From contig NW_024055500.1 in the NCBI RefSeq assembly GCF_902713615.1, forward strand, positions 4,762,135 to 4,826,134: a stretch of DNA of 64,000 nucleotides. Reading direction: 5' to 3'. Position numbers and translations under genes: made by a program. Positions 15,352 to 26,400 of the stretch are shown piece by piece. Within the stretch, counting starts at the first letter, position 1; every line of letters starts with the position of its first letter. The notes under the pieces are model-generated. The model searched no databases. It worked only from the letters and a program-made list of their open reading frames with translations, and was not told the origin of the DNA. This DNA comes from Scyliorhinus canicula. Taxonomy: Eukaryota.

Positions 15352-15550
15352 ACTGAGAGGTCACGCCCTGACCTCAGTGACCCTCGGTTGAGAGGTCACG
15401 CCCTGACCCCAGTGACCCTTAGTTGACAGGTCGCGCCCTGACCCCAAGTGACCCTTAGTTGACAGGTCGCGCCCTGACCCCAGTGACCCTTAGTTGCGTG
15501 GTCGCGCCCTGACCCCAGTGTCCCTCAGTTGAGAGGTCACGCCCCGACCT
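15352..15550. repeat. 35-bp minisatellite, right part (GAGAGGTCACGCCCTGACCTCAGTGACCCTCGGTT)
   Basis: Tandem copies related to 14015-14288. Confidence 0.85.
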
Positions 15551-15580
15551 CAGTGCCTCTCTTGCCCAGCTCTGCCTTAC

Positions 15581-15961
15581 CCGCCATGACGTTCAACGTT
15601 GTCCCACAGCCGCAGAAGTCTGTCCGGTTGTGCTCCACCAGATGGTCTGTCAATTGGCAGAAATAACGCGTGGAATCTTGCTTTGTCGTTTTGGAGATTT
15701 TCAGGATAATGCGCCTCCGGGCAAAGTCCTTAACCGCCACATAATGGTGCGTGTCCTGAGTGATGTATGTGGGTTGCTGCTCCCCGGGGTTCCAGTGGAG
15801 TAGTTGCTTGATCACGCTACTGCGCGGAGGAACATAACCCCAGATCAAATACCGGTCATCGGTCTTGCGGGAGAATCGGCATTCCATCGTAACCGGCTCG
15901 CCCTCCATGATGTCCATTACCGTGGACGAGAATCGAAAGTTCCCCCCAGCTGCTGTCAAAC
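15581..15961 (-). CDS. Germline-joined V-J (V-set) exon of a non-rearranging VJ-C1 gene
   Basis: (TC)n-TATTTCCAG acceptor, GTAAGG donor, 381 nt, phase 1/1; EGEPVTMEC, LIW, LKISKTTKQDSTRYFC and J-like CGCGTTLNV all in one uninterrupted exon. Confidence 0.93.
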
Positions 15962-16054
15962 CTGGAAATAGAGAGAGAGAGAGAGATAGAGAGAGAGAGG
16001 CACAAATGATGAATTCTCCACATGAACCCATCTCAGGTAAGGATGGAAAGAAAT

Positions 16055-16160
16055 GCGCATTCAGGACTCTGACCTTCCCGTTGCCATTTTAACACAAGAC
16101 CCTGCTCCCAGGTCCACATGTCTGTCCTTGTGTTCCAGTGAGGTTAAACGCAAACTGGAG
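16055..16160 (+). mobile_element. Penelope-like element, GIY-YIG endonuclease remnant (left part)
   Basis: Encodes (with frameshift) DSDLPVA-HFN...CSSEVKRKLE; continues at 16986 after the CR1 insertion. Confidence 0.7.
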
Positions 16161-16984
16161 TTCAATCCAGGCAAATGCGAGGTGATGCATTTTGGAAGAT
16201 CAAATTCAAGAGCGGGCTATACAGTCAATGGAAGGATCTGGGGAAAATTGATGTACAGAGAGATCTGGGAGTTCAGGTCCATTGTACCCTGAAGGTGGCA
16301 ACGCAGGTCGATAGAGTGGTCCAAGAAGGCATACAGCATGCTTGCCTTCATCGGACGGGGTATTGAGTACAAGAGTCGGCAGGTCATGTTACAGTTGTAT
16401 AGGACTTTGGTTAGGCCGCATTTGGAATACTGCGTGCAGTTCTGGTCGCCACATTACCAGAAGGATGTGGATGCTTTAGAGAGGGTGCAGAGGAGGTTCA
16501 CCAGGATGTTGCCTGGTATGGAGGGTGCTAGCTATGAAGAAAGGTTGAGTAGATTAGGATTATTTTCGTTGGAAAGACGGAGGTTGAGGGGGGGACCTGA
16601 TTGAGATCTACAAAGTTATGAGGGGTATGGACAGGGTAGATAGCAACAAGCTTTTCCCAAGAGTGGGGGTGTCAGTTACAAGGGGGTCACAATTTCAAGG
16701 TGAGAGGGGAAATGTTTAAGGGAGATGTGCGTGGGAAAGTTTTTTACGCAGAGGGTGGTGGGTGCCTGGAACGCTTTACCAGCGGAGGTGGTAGAGGCGG
16801 GCACAATAGCATCATTTAAGATGCATCTAGACAGATATATGAACGGGCAGGGAACAGAGAGAAGTAGACCTTGGAAAATAGGCGACAGGTTTAGATAAAG
16901 GATCTGGATCGGCGCAGGCTGGGAGGGCCGAAGGGCCTGTTCCTGTGCTGTAATTTTCTTTGTTCTTTGTTCTTCTTTGTTCTA
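16156..16984 (+). mobile_element. CR1-clade LINE 5'-truncated 3' fragment inserted into the Penelope remnant
   Basis: EFNPGKCEVMHFG, LVRPHLEYCVQFWSPHY and RRLRG motifs; 3' UTR ends in (TTCTTTG)n. Confidence 0.93.
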
Positions 16985-16985
16985 T

Positions 16986-18790
16986 CATCTCATCTTCCGG
17001 TTAGGCACACTACAGCCTTCCAGCCTGAACATCGAATTCAACAACTTCAGATGGTCAGTTTGTTCTCTCTGGTACTGCCATTAACACACTTTCCCCTTGG
17101 TATCTGTGGCCATTAACACTCTTTCCCCTTGGTATCTGTGGCCATTAACACTATTTCCTCTTGGTGTCTGTGGCCATTAACACACTTTCCCCTTGGTATC
17201 TGTGGCCATTAACACTCTTTCCCCTTGGTATCTGTGGCCATTAACACTCTTTCCCCTGGGTATCTGTGGCCATTAACACTCTTTCCCCTTGGTATCTGTG
17301 GCCATTAACACACTTTCCCCTTGTTTTCTGTGGCCATTAACACTCTTTCCCCTGGGTATCTGTGGCCATTAACACTCTTTCCCCTTGGTATCTGTGGCCA
17401 TTAACACACTTTCCCCTTGGGTTCTGCAGCCATTAACACCCTTTCCCCTTGGTATCTGTGGCCATTAACACTCTTTCCCCTTGGTATCTGTGGCCATTAA
17501 CACTCTTTCCCCTTGGTATCTGTGGCCATTAACACTCTTTCCCCTTGGGTTCTGCGGCCATTAACACTCTTTCCCCTTGGGTTCTGTGGCCATTAGCACT
17601 CTTTCCCCTTGGTATCTGTGGCCATTAACACTCTTTCCCCTTGGTATCTGTGGCCATTAACACTCTTTCCCCTGGGTATCTGTGGCCATTAACACTCTTT
17701 CCCCTGGGTATCTGTGGCCATTAACACTCTTTCCCCTGGGTATCTGTGGCCATTAACACTCTTTCCCCTTGGGTTCTGCGGCCATTAACACTCTTTCCCC
17801 TTGGTATCTGTGGCCATTAACACTCTTTCCCCTGGGTATCTGTGGCCATTAACACACTTTCCCCTGGGTATCTGTGACCATTAACACTCTTTCCCCTTGG
17901 TATCTGTGGCCATTAACACTCTTTCCCCTGGGTATCTGTGGCCATTAACACTCTTTCCCCTGGGTATCTGTGGCCATTAACACTCTTTCCCCTTGGTTTC
18001 TGTGGCCATTAACACTCTTTCCCCTTGGTATCTGTGGCCATTAACACTCTTTCCCCTTGGTATCTGTGGCCATTAACACTCTTTCCCCTTGGTATCTGTG
18101 GCCATTAACACTCTTTCCCCTTGGTATCTGTGGCCATTAACACTCTTTCCCCTTGGTATCTGTGGCCATTAACACACTTTCCCCTTGGTATCTGTGGCCA
18201 TTAACACTCTTTCCCCTGGGTATCTGTGGCCATTAACACACTTTCCCCTGGGTATCTGTGACCATTAACACTCTTTCCCCTTGGTATCTGTGGCCATTAA
18301 CACTCTTTCCCCTGGGTATCTGTGGCCATTAACACTCTTTCCCCTTGGTATCTGTGGCCATTAACACTCTTTCCCCTTGGTATCTGTGGCCATTAACACT
18401 CTTTCCCCTTGGTATCTGTGGCCATTAACACTCTTTCCCCTTGGTATCTGTGGCCATTAACACTCTTTCCCCTTGGTATCTGTGGCCATTAACATTCTTT
18501 CCCCTTGGGTTCTGTGGCCATTAACACTCTTTCCCCTTGGGTTCTGTGGCCATTAACACTCTTTCCCCATGGTATCTGTGGCCATTAACACTCTTTCCCC
18601 TTGGTTTCTGTGGCCATTAACACTCTTTCCCCTTGGTATCTGTGGCCATTAACACACTTTCCCCTTAGTATCTGTGGCCATTAGCACCCGGTTTCCCTGG
18701 GTTTCTGTGGCTGTGATTCATCAAAGAGTCATCGGACTCGAAACGTCGGCTCTTTCCTCTCCCCACAGATGCTGCCAGAGATTTTCCACC
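16986..18790 (+). mobile_element. Penelope-like element, right part (endonuclease C-terminus, 3' region containing the 32-bp minisatellite, terminal tail)
   Basis: HLIFRLGTLQPSSLNIEFNNFR at 16986-17051; tail GGACTCGAAACGTCGGCTCTTTCCTCTCCCCACAGATGCTGCCAGA at about 18734-18780. Confidence 0.65.
17077..18712. repeat. 32-bp minisatellite (GGCCATTAACACTCTTTCCCCTTGGTATCTGT), about 50 copies
   Basis: Period of 32 read directly (TATCTG at 17101 and 17133). Confidence 0.97.
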
Positions 18791-18829
18791 GTTTTCTCTT
18801 TCCTTGGCAGTTAACTGTCAGTCGCCATC

Positions 18830-20925
18830 AACTGGTGCATTCACCATGGCAACCAATCAGAGTCCGCATGCCCAAAATTATTAAAACGGTATTGACAGTG
18901 GGAGGAGGAGGTCCTTGTGGAGCAGAACTCCGGCGCCGACCTCTTTTGTAACAGGCAGAGGCCATTCTGTCCTTCAAACCTCTTCTAGCACTCGACGCAA
19001 TCATGGCTGACCCACTAAGCTCCATATTCCTATCTTTTGCAGTATTTGTTCTTTTAGATGTCAGTTACCTACTTAAAAAAGCTAATATGGTGGGGGAGTA
19101 AGGGGGGGAGGTGGGAAACAGGGAATTCTAGACCAGTCTGCCTGATATCTGTCAGGAAATTCCTGGAATTAAGGACTCCGGGGAGGTTCCAGTTGATCAG
19201 AGGGAGCTAGCACAGATATGTAAAGAGTGGGTTGTCCCTGATGACCCTGATTAAAGGTTTTGACTGTAGCCAAGGAAGAGGCGCAGAGGATGCCTATGGC
19301 TGTTACTTACATGGATTTCCAGAAGACATTGCACAAAGTTCCCCACGACAGACTTTTCGTCATCCACAAAAATCCACCACCGACGCACAGCGGCAGCTGT
19401 GTGCCCCGCGGGAACTCGCTGAGGCTCCTTCGACAGCACCTTCCAAACCCACGGCCCGTTACCGTCTAGAAGGACGGGGGGGGGGCAGACATGCGGGGAA
19501 CCCCCCCCCCCCCCCCACCTGGAGGTTCCCCTCCGAGTCACTCACCATCCCGACTGAGGAATATATCGGCCCTTCCTTCACTGTGGCTGGGGTAGAATCC
19601 CGGGACTCCCTCCCTAACAGCGCGGTGGGCGTACCTACCCCACACGGGGCCGCAGCAGGCCCAAGATGGCGGCTCACCCACCAGCTTCTCCAGGGGGCAA
19701 TTAGGGATGGGGAATAAACTCTGGGTCTGACCCAGCCACGCCCAGATTCCGCAAACAAATAAATGTGAAAAACTCCTGGAAATACTGAACTACCCGCCCA
19801 GGACATTACTGTGGACACGTGAGCAATCAAAAAAAAATAGTAGTTCCTCTTATTTCTTAAATCAGTTGACATCTCCTGACCATCTGTGGCCCAGTGACCA
19901 TCGACTTGAGATAGTCATTTCCTGCTCTCTCCTCTCACAGTATCGTTTCGGTAAAGGGAGTTCCTCAAGGTCAGACATCTTCAGCCGCTACATCGTCCGG
20001 GATGGGCCCACTGTGGCCACCCTCGCTGGCGGACGGAGGGAGTATTGAAGGTGGGCGGCTGGAGTTACCGGTCGTGTGGTTCTTCTCCGACCAGGATGGT
20101 GTCTTCCCATCAGAAGTGGGGATGTTTGCGGATGACTGCACAATGTTCAGCACCATTCGCCACTCCTCAGATACTGAAGCCGTCTCCAAATGCAGCAAGA
20201 CCTGGACAATATCCAGGCTTGGGGCTGACAAGGGGCAAGTTACATTCACGCCACACAAGCCCCAGGCAATGACCATCTCCTACAAGAGAGGATCTAACCA
20301 TCGCCCCATTGACCATTCAATGGCGTTACCATCGCTGAATCCCCCACATCCTGGGGGTTACCATTGATCAGAAACTGAACTGGACCCAGCCATATAAATA
20401 CTGTGGCTACCAGGGCAGGTCAGAGGCTGGGAATCCTGCGGAGAGTAACTCACCTCCTGACCCCCTCCCCCTCCCAAAGCCTGTCCACCATCGTACAAGG
20501 ACACAAGTCAGGAGTGCGATGGGAGACTCTCCACTTGCCTGGATGAGCGCGGCTCCCAACCGCACTCGAGAAGCTGGACACCATCCAGGACAAAGCAGCC
20601 CCGCTCAATCGACACGCTGACCACCGACATTCACTCCCTCCACCCCCCCCCCCCGACGCACAGCGGCAGCCGTGTGCACCGTCTACAAGACGCCCCGCGG
20701 GAACTCCTCCTTCGACAGCACCTTCCAAACCCACGGCCCGTTACCGTCTAGAAGGACGAGGGGGGGCGGCAGACACACGGGGAACCCCCCCACCACCTGG
20801 AGATTCCCCTCCGAGTCACTCCCCATCCCGACTGGGGAATATATCGGCCGTTCCTTCACTGCGGCTGGGGTAGAATCCCGGCAACTCCCTCCCTAACAGC
20901 ACGGTGGGTGTACCTACGCCACACG
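18830..20925. mobile_element. Cluster of old, degenerate CR1/L2-type LINE fragments in both orientations
   Basis: Degenerate SxxPQG and GMFADDCTMFSTIR motifs; two similar LINE 3'-end copies at about 19376-19740 and 20640-20925. Confidence 0.65.
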
Positions 20926-21101
20926 GGACCCTTGTTTGCCTCCTCCTCTCGGACAAAGCCTTATTCCAAAGTTGGGGAATGACTCTCAGTCACACCATTT
21001 CGCAAGGGGGGGGGGGGGGGGGGTGACCTCAGCCGTGATGGGCTAGCAGCGGTCAGGGGAACGGCCTGATCCCGCGCGGTAGCCTGGGTAAAGGAGCTTA
21101 C

Positions 21102-21147
21102 CAGCCAGGACGAGGAGGCAGAAAGCGAGTTCGACCATCAGGTTCAT
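21102..21147 (-). CDS. Leader (signal peptide) exon of the VJ-C1 gene, MNLMVELAFCLLVLA(G)
   Basis: ATG at 21147-21145, hydrophobic 15 codons + 1 nt, GTAAG donor at 21101; phase 1 matches the V exon (G|GT = Gly). Confidence 0.85.
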
Positions 21148-21175
21148 ATTGGCTGGAGGAGGGATCAGAGGTCAC

Positions 21176-21440
21176 TGTGTTGCTCTGTTCCTCTGTCGCT
21201 GTGACCCTGTATCGCTCTGTCGCTGCGTTGCTCTGTCCCTCTGTCGCTGTGTCGCTGTGTTGCTGTGTCGCTCTGTCTCGCTCTCTGACGCTCTGTTCCT
21301 CTGTCGCTGTGTCCCTGTGTTGCTGTGTCGCTCTGTCTCGCTCTCTGACGCTCTGTCCCTCTATCGCTGTGTCCGTGTATCGCTCTGTCGCTCTGTCTCG
21401 CTCTCTGACGCTCTGTCCCTCTATCGCTGTGTCCCTGTGC
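21176..21440. repeat. Degenerate (CTCTGTCGCTGTGT)-type low-complexity repeat just upstream of the leader exon
   Basis: Repeated CTCTGTC/GCTGTGT motifs. Confidence 0.75.
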
Positions 21441-21544
21441 AGAGCTGGAGAATAAGTGCCTGCTCCTCCCTCAAATTATCTTTCACATTGAATCAGCTTC
21501 ACTCGCTGGCCGCTGACTACACACCCAGCTTCCTGTGTGAGGAG

Positions 21545-23380
21545 TCAGTGACTGAGTGTGTGAGTGAGTGTGTTTGAGTGTGTGAGTGTTTGTGAGTGTG
21601 TGGGAGTGAGTGTGTTAGTGTGTGTGTGTGGGAGTGAGTGTGTTAGTGTGAGTGAGTGTGAGTGTGTGAGTGCGGGAGTAAGTGTGGAAGTGAGTGTGGG
21701 AGTGTGGGAGTGAGTGTGTGAGTGTGAGTCAGTGTGTGAATGTGAGTATGTGAGTTTAAATGTGAGTGTGTGAGTGTGGGCTAGAGTGTGTGTGTGTGTG
21801 GGAGTGAGTGAGTGGGAGAGTATGAGTGAGTGTGGGAGTGAGTGTGTGAGTGAGTGTGTGTGGGAGTGAATGTGTGAGTCTGAGTGTGAGTATGCAAGTG
21901 TGCAAGTGTGTGTGAATGTGTGTGAGTGTGTGTGAGCGTGTGTCAGTGTGTGAGTGTGTGTGAGCGTGAGTGTGTGTGAGTGTGCGAGTGAGTGTGGGAG
22001 AGTGGGAGTGAGTGTGTCAATTTGGGTGTGAGTGTGGGAGAGTGAGTGAGTGTGTGTGAGTGTGTCAGTGTGGGAATGAGTGTGTGTGTGTGAGTGTGTC
22101 AGTGTGGGAGTGAGTGTGTGAGTGTGTGAGTGTGAGAGTCTGAGAGAATGTGTGAGTGTGAGTGTGTGAGTGTGACTGTGAGTGAGTGTGGGAGTGAGTG
22201 GGTGAGTGTGATTGTGTGAGCGTGGGCATGTGTGAGTGTGGGAGTAGTGTGTGAGTGTGTGAGCGTGAGCATGAGTGAGTGTGGGAGTGAGTGAGTGTGA
22301 GAGTTTGTGAGTGTGTGTGTGTGTGAGTGTGAGAGTGAGTGTGTGAGTGTGCGAGTGCATGTGGGTGTGAGTGTGAGTGTGGGAGTGAGTCTCTGAGTGT
22401 GTGAGTGTGGGGGTGGCTGTGTAAGTGTGTGTGTCTGGGAGTGTGTGTGGGTGTGAGTCTGTGAGTGCGGGAGTGTGAATTTGGGAGTGAGCCTCTGAGT
22501 GTGTGAGTGTGCGAGTGTGAGTGTGGGAGCAAGCCTGTGAGTGTAAGTGTGTGTGAGTGTGTGAGTGTGAGTGTGGGACTGAGTGTGTGAGTGTGGTGTG
22601 TGAGTGTGCGAGTCTGTGAGTGTGCAAGTGTGAGTGTGTGTGAGTGTGAATGTGGGAGTGCGTGGGTGAATGTGGGAGTGTGCAAGTGTGTGGGAGTGTG
22701 AGTGTGAGAGTGTGTGAATGTGAGTGTGTATGAGTGTGGCAGTGAGTCTCTGAGTGTGTCAGTTTGGGAGTGAGTGTGAGTGTGTGTGTGGGAGTGAGTG
22801 TGTGAATATGGTGTACGAGTGTGTAAGTGTTAAGTGTGGGAGTGAGTGTGGCAGTGAGTCTGTGAGTGTGTGTGTAAGTGTGTGTGAGTGTGCGAGTGTG
22901 AGTGTGGGAATGAGTGTGTGTGTAGTGTGCGAGTGTGCGAGTGTGCGAGTGTGTGAGTGTGCGAGTGTGAGTGTGTGTGAGTGTGAGTATGGGAGTGCGT
23001 GTCTGAATATGTGAGTGTGCGAGTGGGAGTGTGTGTGTGAATGTGAGTGTGGGAGTGTGTGTGAATGTGTGAGTGTGCGAGTGTGTGAGTGTGTGGGAAT
23101 GAGTGTGTGAGTGTGTGAGTGTGCGAGTGTGAGTGTGTGGAAGTGAGTGTGTGAATGTGTGAGTGTGCGAGTGTGTGAAGGTGGGAGTGAGTCTGTGAGT
23201 GTCTGAGTGTGGCAGTGAGTGTGTGAATGTGGGAGTGAGTGTGAGTGTCGGAGTGAGTGTCTGAGTGTGGCAGTGTGTGTGTGAATGTGGGAGTGAGTGC
23301 CTAAGTGTGGGAGTGAGTGTGAGTGTGGGAGTGAGTGTCTGAGTGTGTGAGTGAGTGTGAATGTGCGAGTGAGTGTGATT
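21545..23380. repeat. Degenerate (GAGTGT)n/(GT)n simple repeat
   Basis: Almost exclusively GT/GA/GG dinucleotides; gives His/Thr-rich pseudo-ORFs. Confidence 0.97.
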
Positions 23381-23439
23381 GACACATCGGGGGACAGTCG
23401 TCATTAACCAGGCCTGGTGAGACCAGCGATTGAGCATTC

Positions 23440-26400
23440 AGCCCCTCCTAAACTCTGCTCAGTCCCTCTATCCCTCACTCCAGTGTCCCTCAGTCCCATT
23501 GCCCCTCACTCCAGTGTCCATCAGTCCCACTGTCCCCCACTCCAGTGTTCCTCAGTCCCACAGTCCCTCACTCCAGTGTCCCTCAGTCCCACTGCCCCTC
23601 ACTTCAGTGTCCCTCATTCCCATTGCCCCTCACTCCAGTGTCCCTCAGTCCCACTCCCCTCACTCCAGAGTCCCAGTCCCACTCCAGTGTTCCTCAGTCC
23701 CACTGCCCCTCACTCCAGTATCCCTCAGTCCCACTCCCCTCACTCCAGTGTTCCTCAGTCCCACAGTCCCTCACTCCAGTGTCCCTCAGTCCCACTGTCC
23801 CTCACTCCAGTGTCCCCTCAGTCCCACTGTCCCTCACTCCAGTGTACGTCAGTCCCACTGTCCCTCACTCCAGTATCCCTCAGTCCCACTGTCCCTCACT
23901 CCAGTGTCCCTCAGTCCCACTGTCCCTCACTCCAGTGTCCCCTCAGTCCCACTGTCCCTCACTCCAGTGTCCCCTCAGTCCCACTACCCCTCACTCCAGT
24001 GTACCTCAGTCCCACTGTTCCTCCAGAGTCCCTCAGTCCCACTGTCCCTCACTCCAGTGTCCCTCAGTCCCACTGCCCTCACTCCAGTGTCCCCTCAGTC
24101 CCACTGCCCCTCTCCCCAGTGTCCCTCAGTCCCACTGACCCTAACTCCAGTGTCACCTCAGCCCCACTGTCCCTCACTCCAGTGTCCCTCAGTCCCACTG
24201 TCCCACACCAGTGTTCCCTCAGTCCCACTGCCCCTCACTCCAGTGTCCCTCAGCCCCACTGTCCCTCACTCCAGTGTCCCTCAGTCACACAGTCCATCCA
24301 GTGTCCCTCAGTCCCACTGTCCCAAACTCCAGTGTCCCTCAGCCCCACTGTCCCTCACTCCAGTGTCCCTCAGTCCCAGAGTCCCTCCAGTGTCCCTCAG
24401 TCCCACTGTCCCTCACTCCAGTGTCCCCCTCAGTCCCACTGTCCCTCACTACAGTGTTCCTCAGTCCCACTGCCCCTCACTCCAGTGTCCCTCGGTCCCA
24501 CTGTCCCTCACTCCAGAGTCCCTCAATCCCACTGTCCCTCACTTGTGTCCCCTCAGTCCCACTGTCCCTCACTCCAGTTTCCCTCAATCCCACTGTCCCT
24601 CACTCCAGTGTCCCCTCAGTCCCACTGCCCCTCACTCCAGTGTCCCTCAGTTCCACTGTCCCTCACTCCAGGGTCCCTCAGTAACATTGTCCCTCCCTCC
24701 AGTGTCCCCTCAATCCCACTGTCCCTCACTCCAGTGTCCCTCAGTCCCACTGTCCCTCACTCCAGTGTCCCCTCAATCCCACTGTCCCTCACTCCAGTGG
24801 TCCCTCAGCCACACTGTCCCTCACTCCAGTATCCCCTCAGTCCCACTGTCCTTCACTCCAGTGTCCCTCAGTAACATTGTCCCTCACTCCAGTGTCCCCT
24901 CAATCCCACTGTCCCTCATTCCAGTGTCCCTCAGTCCTGCTATCCCTCACTCTAGGGTCCCTCAGTCCCACTGTCCCTCACTCGTGTCCCCTCAATCCCA
25001 CTGTCCCTCACTCCAGTGGTCCCTCAGTCACACTGTCCCTCACTCCAGTATCCCCTCAGTCCCACTGTCCTTCACTCCAGTGTCCCTCAGTCACACTGTC
25101 CCTCACTCCAGTGTCCCTCAGTCCCACTGCCCCTCACTCCAGTGTCCCTCAGTCCCACTGTCCCTCACTCCAGTGTCCCCTCAGTCCCACTGTCCCTCAC
25201 TCCAGTGTCCCTCAGTCCCACTGTCCCTCACCAGTGTCCCCTCAGTCCCACTACCCCTCACTCCAGTGTCCCTCAGTCCCACTGTCCCTCACTCCAATGG
25301 TCCCTCAGTGCCACTGTCCCGCACTCCAGTGTCCCTCAGCCCCACTGTCCCTAAATCCAGTGTCCCTCAGTCCCACAGTCCCACTGCCCTCACTCCAGTG
25401 TCCCTCAGTCCCACTGTCCCTCACTCCAGTGTCCCTCAGTCCCACTGTCCCTCCAGTGTCCCTCAGTCCCACTGTCCGTCACTCCAGTGTCCTTCAGTCC
25501 CACTGTCCCTCACTCCAGTGTCCCTCAGTCCCATTGCCCGTCACTCCAGTGTCCCTCAGTCCCACTGCCCCTCACTCCAGTGGTCCCTCAGTCCCATTGC
25601 CCGTCACTCCAGTGTCCCTCAGTCCCACTGCCCCTCACTCCAGTGTCCCTCAGTCCCACTCCATTGTCCCTCAGTCCCTCTGTCCCTCACTCCAGTGGTC
25701 CCTCAGTCCCACTGCCCCTCACTCCAGTGGTCCCTCAGTCCCACTGTCCCTCACTCCAGTGTCCCTCAGTCCCACTATCCCTCACTCCAGTGTTTCCTCA
25801 GTCCCACTTTCCCTCACTCCACTGTCCCTCAGTCCCACTCCAGTGTCCCTCAGTCCTATGGTCCCTCTCTCCAGTGTCCCTCAGTCCCATTGTCCCTCAC
25901 TCCAGTGTCCCTCAGTCCCACTCCATTGTCCCTCAGTCCCTCTGTCCCTCACTCCAGTGGTCCCTCAGTCACACTGTCCCTCACTCCAGTATCCCCTCAG
26001 TCCCACTGTCCTTCACTCCAGTGTCCCTCAGTCACACTGTCCCTCACTCCAGTGTCCCTCAGTCCCACTGCCCCTCACTCCAGTGTCCCTCAGTCCCACT
26101 GTCCCTCACTCCAGTGTCCCCTCAGTCCCACTGTCCCTCACTCGTGTCCCTCAGTCCCACTGTCCCTCACTCCAGTGTCCCCTCAGTCCCACTGTCCCTC
26201 ACTCCAATGGTCCCTCAGTGCCACTGTCCCTCACTCCAGTGTCCCTCAGCCCCACTGTCCCTAAATCCAGTGTCCCTCAGTCCCACAGTCCCTCCAGTGT
26301 CCCTCAGTCCCACTGCCCCTCAATCCCATGTCCTTCAATCCCACTGCCCTCACACCAGTGTCCCTCAGTCCCACTGTCCCTCACTCCAGTGTCCCTCAGT

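Noticed and set aside
13636-21147. Ordinary germline-joined Ig light chain or TCR gene
   Set aside because: Non-canonical FR2 and J motifs, C1 ends in a splice donor with no terminal Cys or stop, no octamer seen in the ~400 bp upstream of the leader; not formally excluded without phylogeny
21545-23437. 630-aa His/Thr-rich ORF
   Set aside because: Translation of a (GAGTGT)n/(GT)n simple repeat
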